A stretch of 64,000 bases of DNA from Alphaproteobacteria bacterium (GTDB lineage: Bacteria > Pseudomonadota > Alphaproteobacteria > UBA8366 > GCA-2717185): NCBI GenBank assembly GCA_021774435.1, contig JAJFJB010000268.1, positions 6,798-70,797 of the forward strand, read 5' to 3'. The position numbers and the translations under genes are program-made. Below the pieces are notes generated by a model. The model searched no databases. It saw only the letters and a program-made list of their open reading frames with translations, and was not told where the DNA came from. Each line of letters begins with the position of its first letter. Position 1 is the stretch's first letter. Below are positions 45,144-54,613 of the stretch, piece after piece.

Positions 45144-45220
45144 TGGTAGCGGAGGGCGGACTCGAACCGCCGACACCCGGATTATGATTCCGGTGCTCTA
45201 ACCAGCTGAGCTACTCCGCC
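45144..45220 (-). tRNA. tRNA-Met (anticodon CAT), elongator-like
   Basis: The reverse complement GGCGGAGTAGCTCAGCTGGTTAGAGCACCGGAATCATAATCCGGGTGTCGGCGGTTCGAGTCCGCCCTCCGCTACCA folds as a 77-nt cloverleaf. It has a 7-bp acceptor stem, D-stem GCTC/GAGC, anticodon stem CCGGA/TCCGG with loop ATCATAA, T-arm GGCGG-TTCGAGT-CCGCC and an encoded CCA. The features look elongator-like, but a lysidine-modified Ile2 identity cannot be excluded by eye. Confidence 0.9.
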
Positions 45221-45328
45221 AGAGTTCGGGTTCAATTACGCATTCTAAAGCCTGGTGTCAACCGTCGATAAGGCATCAAAATTATGGCTAACGCATCGGG
45301 AAGGCAGCTCGAATTTTGCGACAAACGG

Positions 45329-45697
45329 TCACACCGGTGGTGGCGGAAGCTCAAGCGTCACCGGATCGCTCGACACCTCGGTTTCCGCACGGGTCATCAA
45401 CGTAGCCATCAAGCTCATCGACGTATCGATCACCCAACGAACTTGACGTTCGCCTGCCGCATTCGCGGCAGCCACGACTTCGGGTAGAATCCTGTCCTGA
45501 AGAAAGCCCGCAAGGCCAGCCAATCCGCGCGCCGCAATGCGAAGCCGGTCGCTCGCCACCTGAATTTTTCCGGTGCCTTCGATTTGATCTGCAAATTGTT
45601 TGAGTTCCTGGACCATCGTCAAAATTTCAGGAGTCGAGGCATCGGTTTTGCTCGCAACAAAGCGAAGATGCGCAACAAAAAAACGATAATTATCCAT
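45329..45697 (-). CDS. Hypothetical helical protein (start uncertain)
   Basis: The ORF runs downstream of mnmA on the same strand. Starting from MDNYRFFVAHLRF... avoids overlap with mnmA. There is no convincing SD for any candidate start, and no family is recognised. Confidence 0.4.
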   Translation of the reverse strand: MDNYRFFVAHLRFVASKTDASTPEILTMVQELKQFADQIEGTGKIQVASDRLRIAARGLAGLAGFLQDRILPEVVAAANAAGERQVRWVIDTSMSLMATLMTRAETEVSSDPVTLELPPPPV

Positions 45698-45741
45698 GAG
45701 GTGAATCCGAGATCCAGCCAGTTCGTCCACAGACGGCGTGC

Positions 45742-46878
45742 CTAGGCAGCCAACGTATCCTGCTGATTGTGCAATATCCAACCTCCGCCAAGGACGTGCT
45801 CACCATTGTAAATCACGCAAGCCTGTCCCGGAGAAATACCGAATTGCGGCTCCTCAAGAGTGATCACTGTGCCACCATCAGCCACGCTTTCGACCCGGGC
45901 GGCAACTGGCGACATTGTAGACCGGAGCTTGACCGAACAGGAAATGCCTTCACTTGGAACTGCGCTCGTACCAAGCCAGTTCAAATCTCCCACAGCAAGG
46001 CTCGCAATACCTAAGGCGCGCCGGGGACCAACGACGACCTGCTTTTTGACGGGATCAAGACGCACGACATAGAGCGGTTCTTCGCCTTCTGGTCGGCCTC
46101 CGAGGCCGAGGCCACGACGCTGCCCGACCGTATAATTTATAATTCCCTCATGTTTACCCAGAACTTGGCCTCCAAGGCCCACGATCTCTCCCGGCGCATG
46201 CGCCTCCGGACGCAATTTTTCGACGATCCGTGCATAGTTGCCGTCCGGCACGAAGCAGATATCCTGACTGTCAGGCTTTGCGGCGACGGGTAGGTCGAAT
46301 CGTTCTGCATGCGCACGCGTTTCAGACTTTTCCATACCACCCAGCGGAAACCGCAGAAATTCAAGCTGCTCGCGCGTCGTCGCGAAGAGAAAATAGCTCT
46401 GGTCCCGCCCATGATCGACTGCGCGTAAAAGGGTAGCGCCTTCAGGAGTCGTCTGTCGCCGAACGTAGTGACCGGTTGCCAGCGCATCGGCGCCAAGATC
46501 ATGCGCCGTCGCCAACAGGTCTTTGAACTTTACCGTTTGATTGCACCGCACGCAGGGGATCGGTGTTTCCCCGCGCAAGTAGGAATCCGCAAAGTCATCG
46601 ATCACGGCTTCCTTGAACCGGCTTTCATAATCCAAAACATAATGTGGGATGCCCAATTGTGCCGCAACGGCACGGGCATCGTAAATATCCTGTCCGGCGC
46701 AGCACGCCCCCTTGCGATTAACCGCCGCGCCATGATCATAGAGCTGCAGCGTCACGCCGACGACGTCATAGCCTCCCTCGACCATCAGCGCCGCCGTTAC
46801 GGAGGAATCAACGCCACCGGACATCGCGACCACAACCCGCGTTTCCGCCGCAGGCTTATCGATATCAAGACTATTCAT
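45742..46878 (-). CDS. mnmA: tRNA 2-thiouridine(34) synthase
   Basis: The PP-loop [13 protein letters not shown], plus DIYDARAV...LGIPHYVLD and IPCVRCN, are MnmA blocks. 378 aa. Confidence 0.92.
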   Translation of the reverse strand: MNSLDIDKPAAETRVVVAMSGGVDSSVTAALMVEGGYDVVGVTLQLYDHGAAVNRKGACCAGQDIYDARAVAAQLGIPHYVLDYESRFKEAVIDDFADSYLRGETPIPCVRCNQTVKFKDLLATAHDLGADALATGHYVRRQTTPEGATLLRAVDHGRDQSYFLFATTREQLEFLRFPLGGMEKSETRAHAERFDLPVAAKPDSQDICFVPDGNYARIVEKLRPEAHAPGEIVGLGGQVLGKHEGIINYTVGQRRGLGLGGRPEGEEPLYVVRLDPVKKQVVVGPRRALGIASLAVGDLNWLGTSAVPSEGISCSVKLRSTMSPVAARVESVADGGTVITLEEPQFGISPGQACVIYNGEHVLGGGWILHNQQDTLAA

Positions 46879-46917
46879 GATTTTCGAATTCTGCTTTGCC
46901 GTGCAACCGGCTATTGG

Positions 46918-47256
46918 TCAGACGTGAAAGGACTCACCGCAGCCGCAGTGCCCTTTCGCATTCGGATTATCGAACACGAACCCGGATTGCAGCTTATCTT
47001 CGCGATAGTCCATTTCCGAGCCAATCAAAAACATCGTCGCCGCGGGATCGATCAGAACCCGAACGCCCTTGTCCTCGACGATCTCCTCGAAGGGCAGATC
47101 CTTTTCGGCGTATTCAACGAAATAGCTCATGCCGGAACAGCCCTGCGCCTTCACGCCGACACGCAACCCGACAACGGGCTTATCCGATGCATCGAGCAGT
47201 GTCTTGATGCGCGCCGCGGCCGCATCCGTCAACGTCATTGCCTGAGGTCTTTCCAT
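46918..47256 (-). CDS. sufA: A-type Fe-S cluster carrier (IscA/SufA/HesB family)
   Basis: LTDAAAARIK..., GCSGMSY and the C-terminal CGCGESFHV give the three conserved Cys of A-type carriers. It is the last gene of the suf cluster. Confidence 0.88.
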   Translation of the reverse strand: MERPQAMTLTDAAAARIKTLLDASDKPVVGLRVGVKAQGCSGMSYFVEYAEKDLPFEEIVEDKGVRVLIDPAATMFLIGSEMDYREDKLQSGFVFDNPNAKGHCGCGESFHV

Positions 47257-47285
47257 CACCCTACTCCGCTTCCTAAAACTCTAAC

Positions 47286-47687
47286 CTAAAACATATCCAG
47301 TTCGACGCGCGCCGCTTCCGACATCAGGGACGGATCCCAAGGGGGGTCCCATACCACTTCCACCGTAACTTCGCCGACGCCCGGGACCTTGGCGGCGGCC
47401 TCCGCCACCTGCACCGGCAGTATTCCAGCAACGGGACACGCCGGCGCCGTCAATGTCATTTCGATCTCTACCTTACCGTTTTCCGCAATTTCACATTTAT
47501 ATATGAGGCCTAATTCATAAATGTTAACAGGAATTTCCGGATCGTAGACCGTCTTAATTCCTTCAATAACCGCTTCCTGCTCGGCAACGGGGACCGAAGG
47601 GTCAAGCGGCGCGCCGGCATGCGCCATGCCGTCTTCCGGCGGCGGCGTTGGCATGAACCCACTTAATGGCGAATATTCCATCGACAT
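47286..47687 (-). CDS. sufT: SUF-associated DUF59 protein (SufT-like)
   Basis: VYDPEIPVNIYELGLIY...MTLTAPACPVAG is the DUF59/SufT core with the conserved Cys. Confidence 0.8.
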   Translation of the reverse strand: MSMEYSPLSGFMPTPPPEDGMAHAGAPLDPSVPVAEQEAVIEGIKTVYDPEIPVNIYELGLIYKCEIAENGKVEIEMTLTAPACPVAGILPVQVAEAAAKVPGVGEVTVEVVWDPPWDPSLMSEAARVELDMF

Positions 47688-47698
47688 CCCTTCTTACC

Positions 47699-48166
47699 TC
47701 ACGCTTCCGTGCTTGCTTCGTCTTTGCCATCGATCGCCGCACTTAGAGTGTGCCAGGGCAAAGTGGCGCATTTCACCCGAACCGGGAAGGCACGGACACC
47801 GGATAGAACATTCAGCTTTTCCAGATCATCTTCCAGCAACCCGGCGGCATCGATGGAGTCGTCACCGGTACACATTTCGTGGAAGCGCTTGAACATATCC
47901 TTGGCTTCATCAACAGTCTTGCCTTTGACGAGTTCAGTCATCATCGACGCGGATGCGACGGAGATGGCACATCCTTTACCAACAAAGGAGACATCTTCAA
48001 TTTCCCCGCCGTCATCGACCTTTAAGTAGACGACGAGTTGATCGCCACAAAGCGGATTGGCGCCATGCGCATGACAAGTCGCATCCTCGACATCCCGAAA
48101 ATTTCGCGGACTCTTGCCGTGATCGAGGATAACCTCTTGATATAACTCGCGAAGATCGTCCAACAT
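47699..48166 (-). CDS. sufU: SufU-type (IscU-like, Zn-dependent) sulfur-transfer protein
   Basis: LYQEVILDHGKSPRNF, NPLCGD, GCAISVASASMMTE and KCATLPW are SufU/NifU-N blocks. Its start overlaps the sufS stop by 1 nt. Confidence 0.85.
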   Translation of the reverse strand: MLDDLRELYQEVILDHGKSPRNFRDVEDATCHAHGANPLCGDQLVVYLKVDDGGEIEDVSFVGKGCAISVASASMMTELVKGKTVDEAKDMFKRFHEMCTGDDSIDAAGLLEDDLEKLNVLSGVRAFPVRVKCATLPWHTLSAAIDGKDEASTEA

Positions 48167-49428
48167 CAGCCCAACAACTCCCGTGTGAACTCAAGCGCCT
48201 TGACCAACGCATCGGCCTCGGCCCGCGTGTTATATAGACCAAAAGACGCCCTTGTCATCGCTGGTACGCCCATACGGTCCATCAAAGGCTGCGCGCAATG
48301 GTGTCCGGCACGGCACGCCACACCAGCGCGGTCGATAATCGTGGCGATATCATGCGGATGCGCATTTTCCATTCCAAAGGAAATTACAGCCGCTTTCGAA
48401 GGTGCGGTTCCATAGATTTTCAAGCCTGGAATCGACGACAATTGCTGTGTTGCGTAAAGCAACAGGTCCTGCTCATGCGCCGCGATGCGGTCCATGCCAA
48501 TTTCGGAGACGTAATCGATCGCAGCGCCAAGTCCAATTGCTTGTGCAATCATCGGCGTACCGGCCTCAAATTTATTCGGCAAACCGGCCCAGGTACTCTC
48601 TTCGATGGTCACGGTGGCGATCATCTCACCACCACCCAGGAAAGGCGGCATTGCTTCAAGTATGGCTTCCTTACCGTACAACACGCCGACCCCTGACGGA
48701 CCATAAAGCTTATGTCCTGTCAGCACGTAAAAGTCACAATCCAATGCCGTGACGTCGACCGGCATATGCACCGCGGCCTGGCTGCCATCAAGCAGAACTT
48801 TGGCGCCGGCGTCATGCGCAAGCCGAACGATTTCCGCTACAGGTGTAATCGTCCCAAGCGCGTTTGACGTATGGGTAATCGCCACGAGCTTGGTTTTCGG
48901 TGTTAGCAACTTCTTGAACTCATCGATCAGGAACTCACCGTCATCCGAAACGGGTGCAGCCTTAAGAACGAGTCCCTTTTCATCGCGGACCATCTGCCAA
49001 GGAACGATATTGGAATGGTGCTCCATGATCGAAATGATGATCTCATCGCCAGGTTCAAGAAAACTGCGGCCGTAAGTTGCGGCGACCATATTGATCGCCT
49101 CAGTCGTGTTACGAGTGAAGATAATTTCATGCGCATGCTTGGCGTTGAGAAACTTCTGCACCTTGGCGCGAGCACCCTCGTACGCCGCTGTCGTGCGCTC
49201 TGACATGTAATGAACACCACGATGCACGTTGGCATATTCATGCTCATAGACGTACTGAACCGCGTCAATAACTTGCCGCGGCTTTTGCGCTGATGCGGCG
49301 TTATCGAGAAAAACGAGCGGCTGGCCGTAGACCTGCTCGCCCAAAATAGGAAAGTCGCGCCGATAACTCTCGACGTCATACGCGGTGTTCGTGTCTTCCA
49401 CCGGCATCGCATGTGCGGTGTCGTTCAT
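48166..49428 (-). CDS. sufS: Cysteine desulfurase, group II
   Basis: FLDNAASAQKP, ANVHRG, TGHKLYGPSGVGVLYG (PLP Lys) and RAGHHCAQPL (active-site Cys loop) are SufS blocks. Confidence 0.92.
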   Translation of the reverse strand: MNDTAHAMPVEDTNTAYDVESYRRDFPILGEQVYGQPLVFLDNAASAQKPRQVIDAVQYVYEHEYANVHRGVHYMSERTTAAYEGARAKVQKFLNAKHAHEIIFTRNTTEAINMVAATYGRSFLEPGDEIIISIMEHHSNIVPWQMVRDEKGLVLKAAPVSDDGEFLIDEFKKLLTPKTKLVAITHTSNALGTITPVAEIVRLAHDAGAKVLLDGSQAAVHMPVDVTALDCDFYVLTGHKLYGPSGVGVLYGKEAILEAMPPFLGGGEMIATVTIEESTWAGLPNKFEAGTPMIAQAIGLGAAIDYVSEIGMDRIAAHEQDLLLYATQQLSSIPGLKIYGTAPSKAAVISFGMENAHPHDIATIIDRAGVACRAGHHCAQPLMDRMGVPAMTRASFGLYNTRAEADALVKALEFTRELLG

Positions 49429-49439
49429 AATTATGTTCC

Positions 49440-50747
49440 CTACCCTTCGTCGCGCCGGTCCAGCCAGCTATTCACAACGGCATAAAACGCTTCGCGGGGC
49501 GCTTCAGATTGAATTTCATCCAACGCTTCGCCAATAAATGCTGCGACAAGCATGCCGCGAGCCGTCTGCGGATCGATGCCGCGCGCCCGCAGATAGAAGA
49601 GCGGCTCTTCCTCCAGCTCGCCCGTTGTCGCGCCGTGACTGCACTTCACATCGTCGGCGTAAATTTCAAGTTCCGGCTTCGTATCGATTTCAGTGCCCGG
49701 CGACAGCAGCAGCGTCTTGTTCAATTGATGCCCATCGGTCTTTTGCGAGTCCTTGCGGACAAGAATTTTCCCCTGAAAGACTCCTCGAGCCGACCCATCC
49801 AGCACACCTTTGTAGACTTCGCGCGAACTACTGTTCGGCGCGGCGTGATCGATAAAGGTCGTGTTATCGATATGCTGTTCACCAGACGCGAGGTAGGCAC
49901 CATTGATCCGGCATTCAACATGTTCGCCAAGCTGCGTCCGAATCTCGTTGCGAGCCAACCGCGCGCCAACCTGAAGTACAAAATTGTCATAGACGGCACG
50001 GTCTCCCAAGCGAACCAAATTGGCCGCCAAGTGATAGGCGTCCTGGCCTTCGTCTTGCAGCTTGTAATGGTTCAGAACAGCCCCTTCACCAACCGCAATT
50101 TCGGAAACGCCGTTGCTGAAATACGCACCTGTGCCGACGTGACTTTCAACGATGGTCGCAATACAGCCTGCGCCTGCAGTAATCAGATGACGGGGGTGAA
50201 ACGATATTGGCGACCCGTCCGCTTGCCCAATCGAGATCAAATGCAGAGGCCGGTCGAGCGCAACGCCGTTATCCAAATGGAAATAGAGACCATCCGTCAT
50301 GAAAGCCGTGTTCAGCGATGCCATCGGAAGAGCCGAGGAATCGCCCAATTGATCAAGCCTGCCTTCCAGCGAGATTGGATCTTTAGACAGTTTGTCCGCC
50401 ACGCTACCTATCTGAACGCCGGTTGGCAGCCCATCAAGCGATGACAATGGTTCCGAAAACCGGCCGTTAACAAAAACCACAGCATAGGCGTCCTGCAGAT
50501 CCGCCACGCCCGAGGGGATTGCGGAAACTTCGGGCACGGCATTGGCTTCACCGGCTACGAAGCCGGCCCGTGCGAGCCGCCTCAGATTGGTATATTTCCA
50601 TGCTTCCGTTCGAGGCGTCGGCAAACCGAGAGCCTCGTATCGATCGAGCGCATTCGTCCGAAGCTCGTCGAGCCACGCATTGCCCGCGCCGGGCAATCGT
50701 TCGGCAGCTGAGTCGAATTCAGCGGCAAAAGGTTCCGTCCGCGCCAT
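49440..50747 (-). CDS. sufD: Fe-S cluster assembly protein SufD
   Basis: The beta-helix core is followed by the C-terminal LLLSPGTEIDTKPELEIYADDVKCSHGATTGELEEEPLFYLRARGI. The start is set at MARTEPF (50747), 1 nt from the sufC stop. Confidence 0.9.
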   Translation of the reverse strand: MARTEPFAAEFDSAAERLPGAGNAWLDELRTNALDRYEALGLPTPRTEAWKYTNLRRLARAGFVAGEANAVPEVSAIPSGVADLQDAYAVVFVNGRFSEPLSSLDGLPTGVQIGSVADKLSKDPISLEGRLDQLGDSSALPMASLNTAFMTDGLYFHLDNGVALDRPLHLISIGQADGSPISFHPRHLITAGAGCIATIVESHVGTGAYFSNGVSEIAVGEGAVLNHYKLQDEGQDAYHLAANLVRLGDRAVYDNFVLQVGARLARNEIRTQLGEHVECRINGAYLASGEQHIDNTTFIDHAAPNSSSREVYKGVLDGSARGVFQGKILVRKDSQKTDGHQLNKTLLLSPGTEIDTKPELEIYADDVKCSHGATTGELEEEPLFYLRARGIDPQTARGMLVAAFIGEALDEIQSEAPREAFYAVVNSWLDRRDEG

Positions 50748-50748
50748 A

Positions 50749-51507
50749 TTAGGCTGCCTCCGCGCCAACGAAGGACGCATAGCCTTTCTTTTCCAACTCA
50801 AGCGCCAGCGACTTGTCGCCCGACTGAATGATTTTACCGCCGGCCAGGATGTGAACATGGTCGGGCACGATATAATCCAGCAAACGCTGATAATGCGTAA
50901 TCACGAGCATGCCGCGATCAGCGGCACGAAGCTTGTTCACACCGTCCGCCACAATCTTGAGCGCATCGATATCGAGACCGGAATCGGTTTCGTCCAGCAC
51001 CGCGAGCTTCGGCTCCAGTACTGCCATTTGAAGCACTTCATTGCGCTTCTTTTCACCGCCGGAGAACCCGACATTCAGGGGACGCCGCAACATATCGTCA
51101 TTGACGTTTAAATCGCTTGCCTTCTGACGCACGAATTTCAGGAATTGCATTGCGTCCAGCGCGTCTTCGCCCCGATGCTCGCGGATCGCATTGACCGCTG
51201 CCTTCAAAAACGTCGTGGTCGCAACGCCTGGAATTTCGACGGGATACTGAAACGCGAGAAACAAGCCCGAACGGGCGCGTTCGTCTGCATCGAGCTCAAG
51301 CAAATCAACGCCATCGAACAGTACTTGGCCAGATGTGACTTCGTAGCCATCCCGACCGGCGAGAACATAAGACAGCGTACTTTTCCCGGACCCGTTAGGG
51401 CCCATGATCGCATGTACCTGACCTGGCTCCATAACCAGATCGACACCCTTCAGTATCTCTTTGCCATCCACCGTGGCATGAAGGTCGCGAATTTCGAGCA
51501 ATGACAT
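50749..51507 (-). CDS. sufC: Fe-S cluster assembly ATPase SufC
   Basis: Walker A (GPNGSGKST), the ABC signature region (FSGGEKKR), Walker B (LAVLDETDSGLD) and ITHYQRLL. Confidence 0.95.
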   Translation of the reverse strand: MSLLEIRDLHATVDGKEILKGVDLVMEPGQVHAIMGPNGSGKSTLSYVLAGRDGYEVTSGQVLFDGVDLLELDADERARSGLFLAFQYPVEIPGVATTTFLKAAVNAIREHRGEDALDAMQFLKFVRQKASDLNVNDDMLRRPLNVGFSGGEKKRNEVLQMAVLEPKLAVLDETDSGLDIDALKIVADGVNKLRAADRGMLVITHYQRLLDYIVPDHVHILAGGKIIQSGDKSLALELEKKGYASFVGAEAA

Positions 51508-51543
51508 GTTCTACTCTCTCCTGACAAACTATGCGTCGGCGAT

Positions 51544-53001
51544 CTAGCCGACACTGCCTTCTAGGCTAATTCCAATAAGCTTTTGCGCCTCGACGGCGAA
51601 TTCCATGGGCAAGGTCTTCATGACTTCCTTGCAGAAGCCATTGACGATCACCGATACCGCTTCTTCCGCCGATAGGCCGCGTTGCAGGCAATAGAACAGT
51701 TGATCTTCACTGATCTTCGCCGTTGTTGCCTCATGTTCCACACGCGCTGTCGGGTTGCTGGTTTCGATATAAGGCACCGTATGCGCGCCGCACTCGTCGC
51801 CGATCAAAAGGCTGTCGCACTGGGTAAAGTTTCGCGCCCCTTCGGCACTGGCCATCACCTTCACGAGACCGCGATAACTCTGATCCGCGCGGCCTGCCGA
51901 AATACCCTTGGAGATGATCGTCGAGCTGGTGTTCTTGCCAATATGGATCATCTTCGTGCCGGTATCGGCTTGCTGTTTGTTGGTCGTGATCGCAACGGAA
52001 TAGAACTCGCCCACCGAATTATCGCCAATCAGCAGGCAGCTGGGATATTTCCAGGTGATTGCGGATCCGGTTTCGACTTGCGTCCAGGCAATCTTGGAAT
52101 TCCGGCCCCGGCAAGCGCCACGCTTGGTGACGAAATTGTAGATGCCGCCACGGCCTTCCTCATCGCCTGGATACCAGTTCTGAACCGTCGAATATTTGAT
52201 TTCGGCATCGTCGAGCGCCACCAGTTCGACGACTGCAGCATGGAGCTGGTTCTCATCGCGTTGTGGAGCCGTGCAGCCCTCGAGATAGCTCACATAGGAG
52301 CCTTCATCGGCGATAATCAGCGTGCGCTCGAACTGACCCGTATTCTCCGCATTGATGCGGAAATAGGTCGACAGTTCCATCGGGCATCGCACGCCCTTGG
52401 GAATGTAGACGAACGAGCCATCCGTAAAGACCGCACAGTTCAACGTCGCGTGCTTGTTATCGGCATAGGGGACGACGGACCCAAGATACTTTTGCACCAA
52501 CTCCGGATGGTTTTGCACCGCCTCCGAAAATGAGCAGAAGATGACACCGACTTCTTCAAGCTTTTTCTTGTAGGTCGTCGCGACAGACACGCTATCGAAG
52601 ACAGCATCGACCGCGACACCAGCAAGCATTTCCTGCTCGCGCAGCGGGATGCCAAGTTTCTCATAAGTTTCAAGCAGCTTAGGATCGACCTCGTCCAGGC
52701 TCTTTGGTTTGTCGCTGTCGGATTTCGGTGCCGCGAAATAATAAGAATCCTGGTAGTCGATCTCCGGAAAAGAAACCTTAGCCCATTCGGGCTCCGGCAT
52801 CGTCAGCCAGTGGCGGTATGCTTTCAGGCGCCATTCAAGCAGCCATTCCGGCTCGTTCTTCTTTGCCGAAATGAAGCGGACGATGTCCTCGCTTAAACCT
52901 TTTGGCGCCGATTCCATTTCAATATCGGTGACAAAGCCATGCTTATAGCCGTCATCGGATACTGAACGGACCTGCTCCAGTGTTTCAGAACTAATCGCCA
53001 T
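51544..53001 (-). CDS. sufB: Fe-S cluster assembly scaffold protein SufB
   Basis: 485 aa with the C-terminal block DSLLIGD.CGAHT.PYIE......[16 protein letters not shown]...RGLS.EEA. It is positioned immediately before sufC. Confidence 0.95.
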   Translation of the reverse strand: MAISSETLEQVRSVSDDGYKHGFVTDIEMESAPKGLSEDIVRFISAKKNEPEWLLEWRLKAYRHWLTMPEPEWAKVSFPEIDYQDSYYFAAPKSDSDKPKSLDEVDPKLLETYEKLGIPLREQEMLAGVAVDAVFDSVSVATTYKKKLEEVGVIFCSFSEAVQNHPELVQKYLGSVVPYADNKHATLNCAVFTDGSFVYIPKGVRCPMELSTYFRINAENTGQFERTLIIADEGSYVSYLEGCTAPQRDENQLHAAVVELVALDDAEIKYSTVQNWYPGDEEGRGGIYNFVTKRGACRGRNSKIAWTQVETGSAITWKYPSCLLIGDNSVGEFYSVAITTNKQQADTGTKMIHIGKNTSSTIISKGISAGRADQSYRGLVKVMASAEGARNFTQCDSLLIGDECGAHTVPYIETSNPTARVEHEATTAKISEDQLFYCLQRGLSAEEAVSVIVNGFCKEVMKTLPMEFAVEAQKLIGISLEGSVG

Positions 53002-53003
53002 AT

Positions 53004-53468
53004 CTATGCCTGCCCTCGTGTTTCTGTCGGAGACTCGGTCCCCAATTCACCCACATTGTCGAACCCGGAGTATAAAAGATCGGCAAGCGATACCGCTTCC
53101 AACGCTTCTCGTATCGCGCCGTTCACCTTTTCCCACCCGCCCCGGATCGGACACAGGCTTTCGACCCGGCAATGCGCATCGGATGCCTCGACACAAGCCG
53201 TTAGCGCCACGGGCCCCTCCAACGCTTCAACAATAGCAGCGACCGATATATCCTCGGGTCCCCGCGACAAGCTATAGCCGCCGCGAACGCCGCGGTGCGA
53301 AACGACAAGATCGCTACGGGCCAAAGATTTCATGACCTTGCTGACCATCGGTGAAGGAAGGCCCGTCGCTTCGGCAAGCTCGGGCGCCGTGGTGAGTTCC
53401 TCTCTTCGATTGGACATCTGCGAGAGAATTACCACGCCGTAATCGATCATTCGGCTAAGCTTAAGCAC
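53004..53468 (-). CDS. Rrf2-family transcriptional regulator (SUF-system regulator type)
   Basis: A GTG start gives (M)[14 protein letters not shown]...[20 protein letters not shown].....[12 protein letters not shown] (winged HTH), plus the Cys cluster [15 protein letters not shown]. Its stop is 2 nt from the sufB start. Confidence 0.8.
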   Translation of the reverse strand: MLKLSRMIDYGVVILSQMSNRREELTTAPELAEATGLPSPMVSKVMKSLARSDLVVSHRGVRGGYSLSRGPEDISVAAIVEALEGPVALTACVEASDAHCRVESLCPIRGGWEKVNGAIREALEAVSLADLLYSGFDNVGELGTESPTETRGQA

Positions 53469-53584
53469 GCCGGCTCCAATCCGTACTTTTTTGGTTCGGA
53501 TTAGAAACTGTTCCATTTCCGGGACAATTTCAAGCCCAGCGCGGAGAATTTTTTGTCCGGGGCAAGATACTGCGACGAATTGAC

Positions 53585-54262
53585 CTAATTCGCCGCGTCG
53601 ACACCCATTTGCCAAAACCCAACTTCAAGCCGTGTCGCATCGCCAAACGTTCGGACCAGACTATCCCGGCGTCCCGATCCGCCCCGGCGGTCCATCAAGT
53701 GGTCCAACTGCGCCGCGTGCGCCCACGCGACGTCCTGATAGTCTTGCGCCGCATAGGTGTCAATCCATTCGCGATAGGGGTTTTCGGTCCCGCTCGTATT
53801 CGCTTCCGCGGCCAACGCGGCACCAATTTCGGCGTATCCGATAATGCATGGGGCCAACGCTACCGCCAGATCGAGAGAATCGCCGGCGAGGCCTCGCTCC
53901 AAGACGTAACGCGTGTACGCCATATTCGCCGGATCCTCCGGTACCGCCGCCATTTCCGCTTCGCTGATACCCCAGCGTTCGCAAAATGCCACATGCAGCG
54001 ACATTTCGCCTTCGACAATCTGGGAAACGGCTCCGGCCGCCGCGCGCAGTTCCGTAAGATCTTCTGCCTTAAATGCCGCAAGGCCATAGGCACGGGCGAA
54101 ATGAATAAGGAAAATATAGTCTTGCTGCAGGTAATAGCGAAAAGACGTCTCCAGCAACGTTCCGGAACCGAGCTCCATGACGAAGCGATGCCGCGTGTAC
54201 GCGTCCCAATCGGTCTGGCATGCCGATTTCAATTGGTTGAAGAGTTCGTATTTTGGCATCAT
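53585..54262 (-). CDS. TenA/PqqC-like (thiaminase II / haem-oxygenase-like fold) family protein
   Basis: WDAYTRHRFVMELGSGTL....FRYYLQQDYIFLIHFARAY and APCIIGYAEIG resemble TenA family blocks. Confidence 0.7.
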   Translation of the reverse strand: MMPKYELFNQLKSACQTDWDAYTRHRFVMELGSGTLLETSFRYYLQQDYIFLIHFARAYGLAAFKAEDLTELRAAAGAVSQIVEGEMSLHVAFCERWGISEAEMAAVPEDPANMAYTRYVLERGLAGDSLDLAVALAPCIIGYAEIGAALAAEANTSGTENPYREWIDTYAAQDYQDVAWAHAAQLDHLMDRRGGSGRRDSLVRTFGDATRLEVGFWQMGVDAAN

Positions 54263-54269
54263 GAAAACT

Positions 54270-54602
54270 CTACGACAGCAACATATTGCGCGTTTCGTCA
54301 GGAAGCCGAACGGTCAAACCGTCCAACGCTTCGGTAACCGTGATCTGACATCCCAGACGCGACGTCCGCGTCAAATTAACCGCAAGATCGAGCATATCTT
54401 CCTCGTCCTCTTCCGGTGGTGGCAATTTGCTGTGCCATTCCGGGTCCACGATGACATGGCATGTGGAACAGGCCATGACACCTTCGCACGCCCCTTCGAT
54501 ATCGATATTGTTCCGATGTGCGATCTCCAGAATTGTCGAGCCGATCGGAGCCTCGACTTCCTTTCGCGCGCCACCGGGTTCAATAAAGATCATTTTCACC
54601 AT
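54270..54602 (-). CDS. fdx: [2Fe-2S] ferredoxin, adrenodoxin/Fdx type
   Basis: [15 protein letters not shown] (C-x5-C-x2-C) and SRLGCQI (fourth Cys). The start is set at ATG 54602, preceded by AAGGAAG. Confidence 0.88.
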   Translation of the reverse strand: MVKMIFIEPGGARKEVEAPIGSTILEIAHRNNIDIEGACEGVMACSTCHVIVDPEWHSKLPPPEEDEEDMLDLAVNLTRTSRLGCQITVTEALDGLTVRLPDETRNMLLS

Positions 54603-54613
54603 GCAATCTTCCT

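Noticed and set aside
45144-45220. tRNA-Met as a possible genomic-island integration site
   Set aside because: No integrase is adjacent, and I saw no direct repeat of the tRNA 3' end in the flanks. Neighbouring genes (mnmA, csp, GST) look like core genes.
46468-47289. 273-aa plus-strand ORF antisense to mnmA and sufA
   Set aside because: It is antisense to two genes with unmistakable family motifs, is Arg-rich and has no recognisable domain.
49509-50444. 311-aa plus-strand ORF antisense to sufD. Similar antisense ORFs occur at 51682-52533 (sufB), 53609-54337 (tenA-like), 54177-54998 (fdx and desulfurase) and 42458-43321 (alternative frame of the MFS gene).
   Set aside because: All overlap strongly supported genes, have Arg/Pro-rich unnatural composition and lack start signals. 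They are shadow ORFs.
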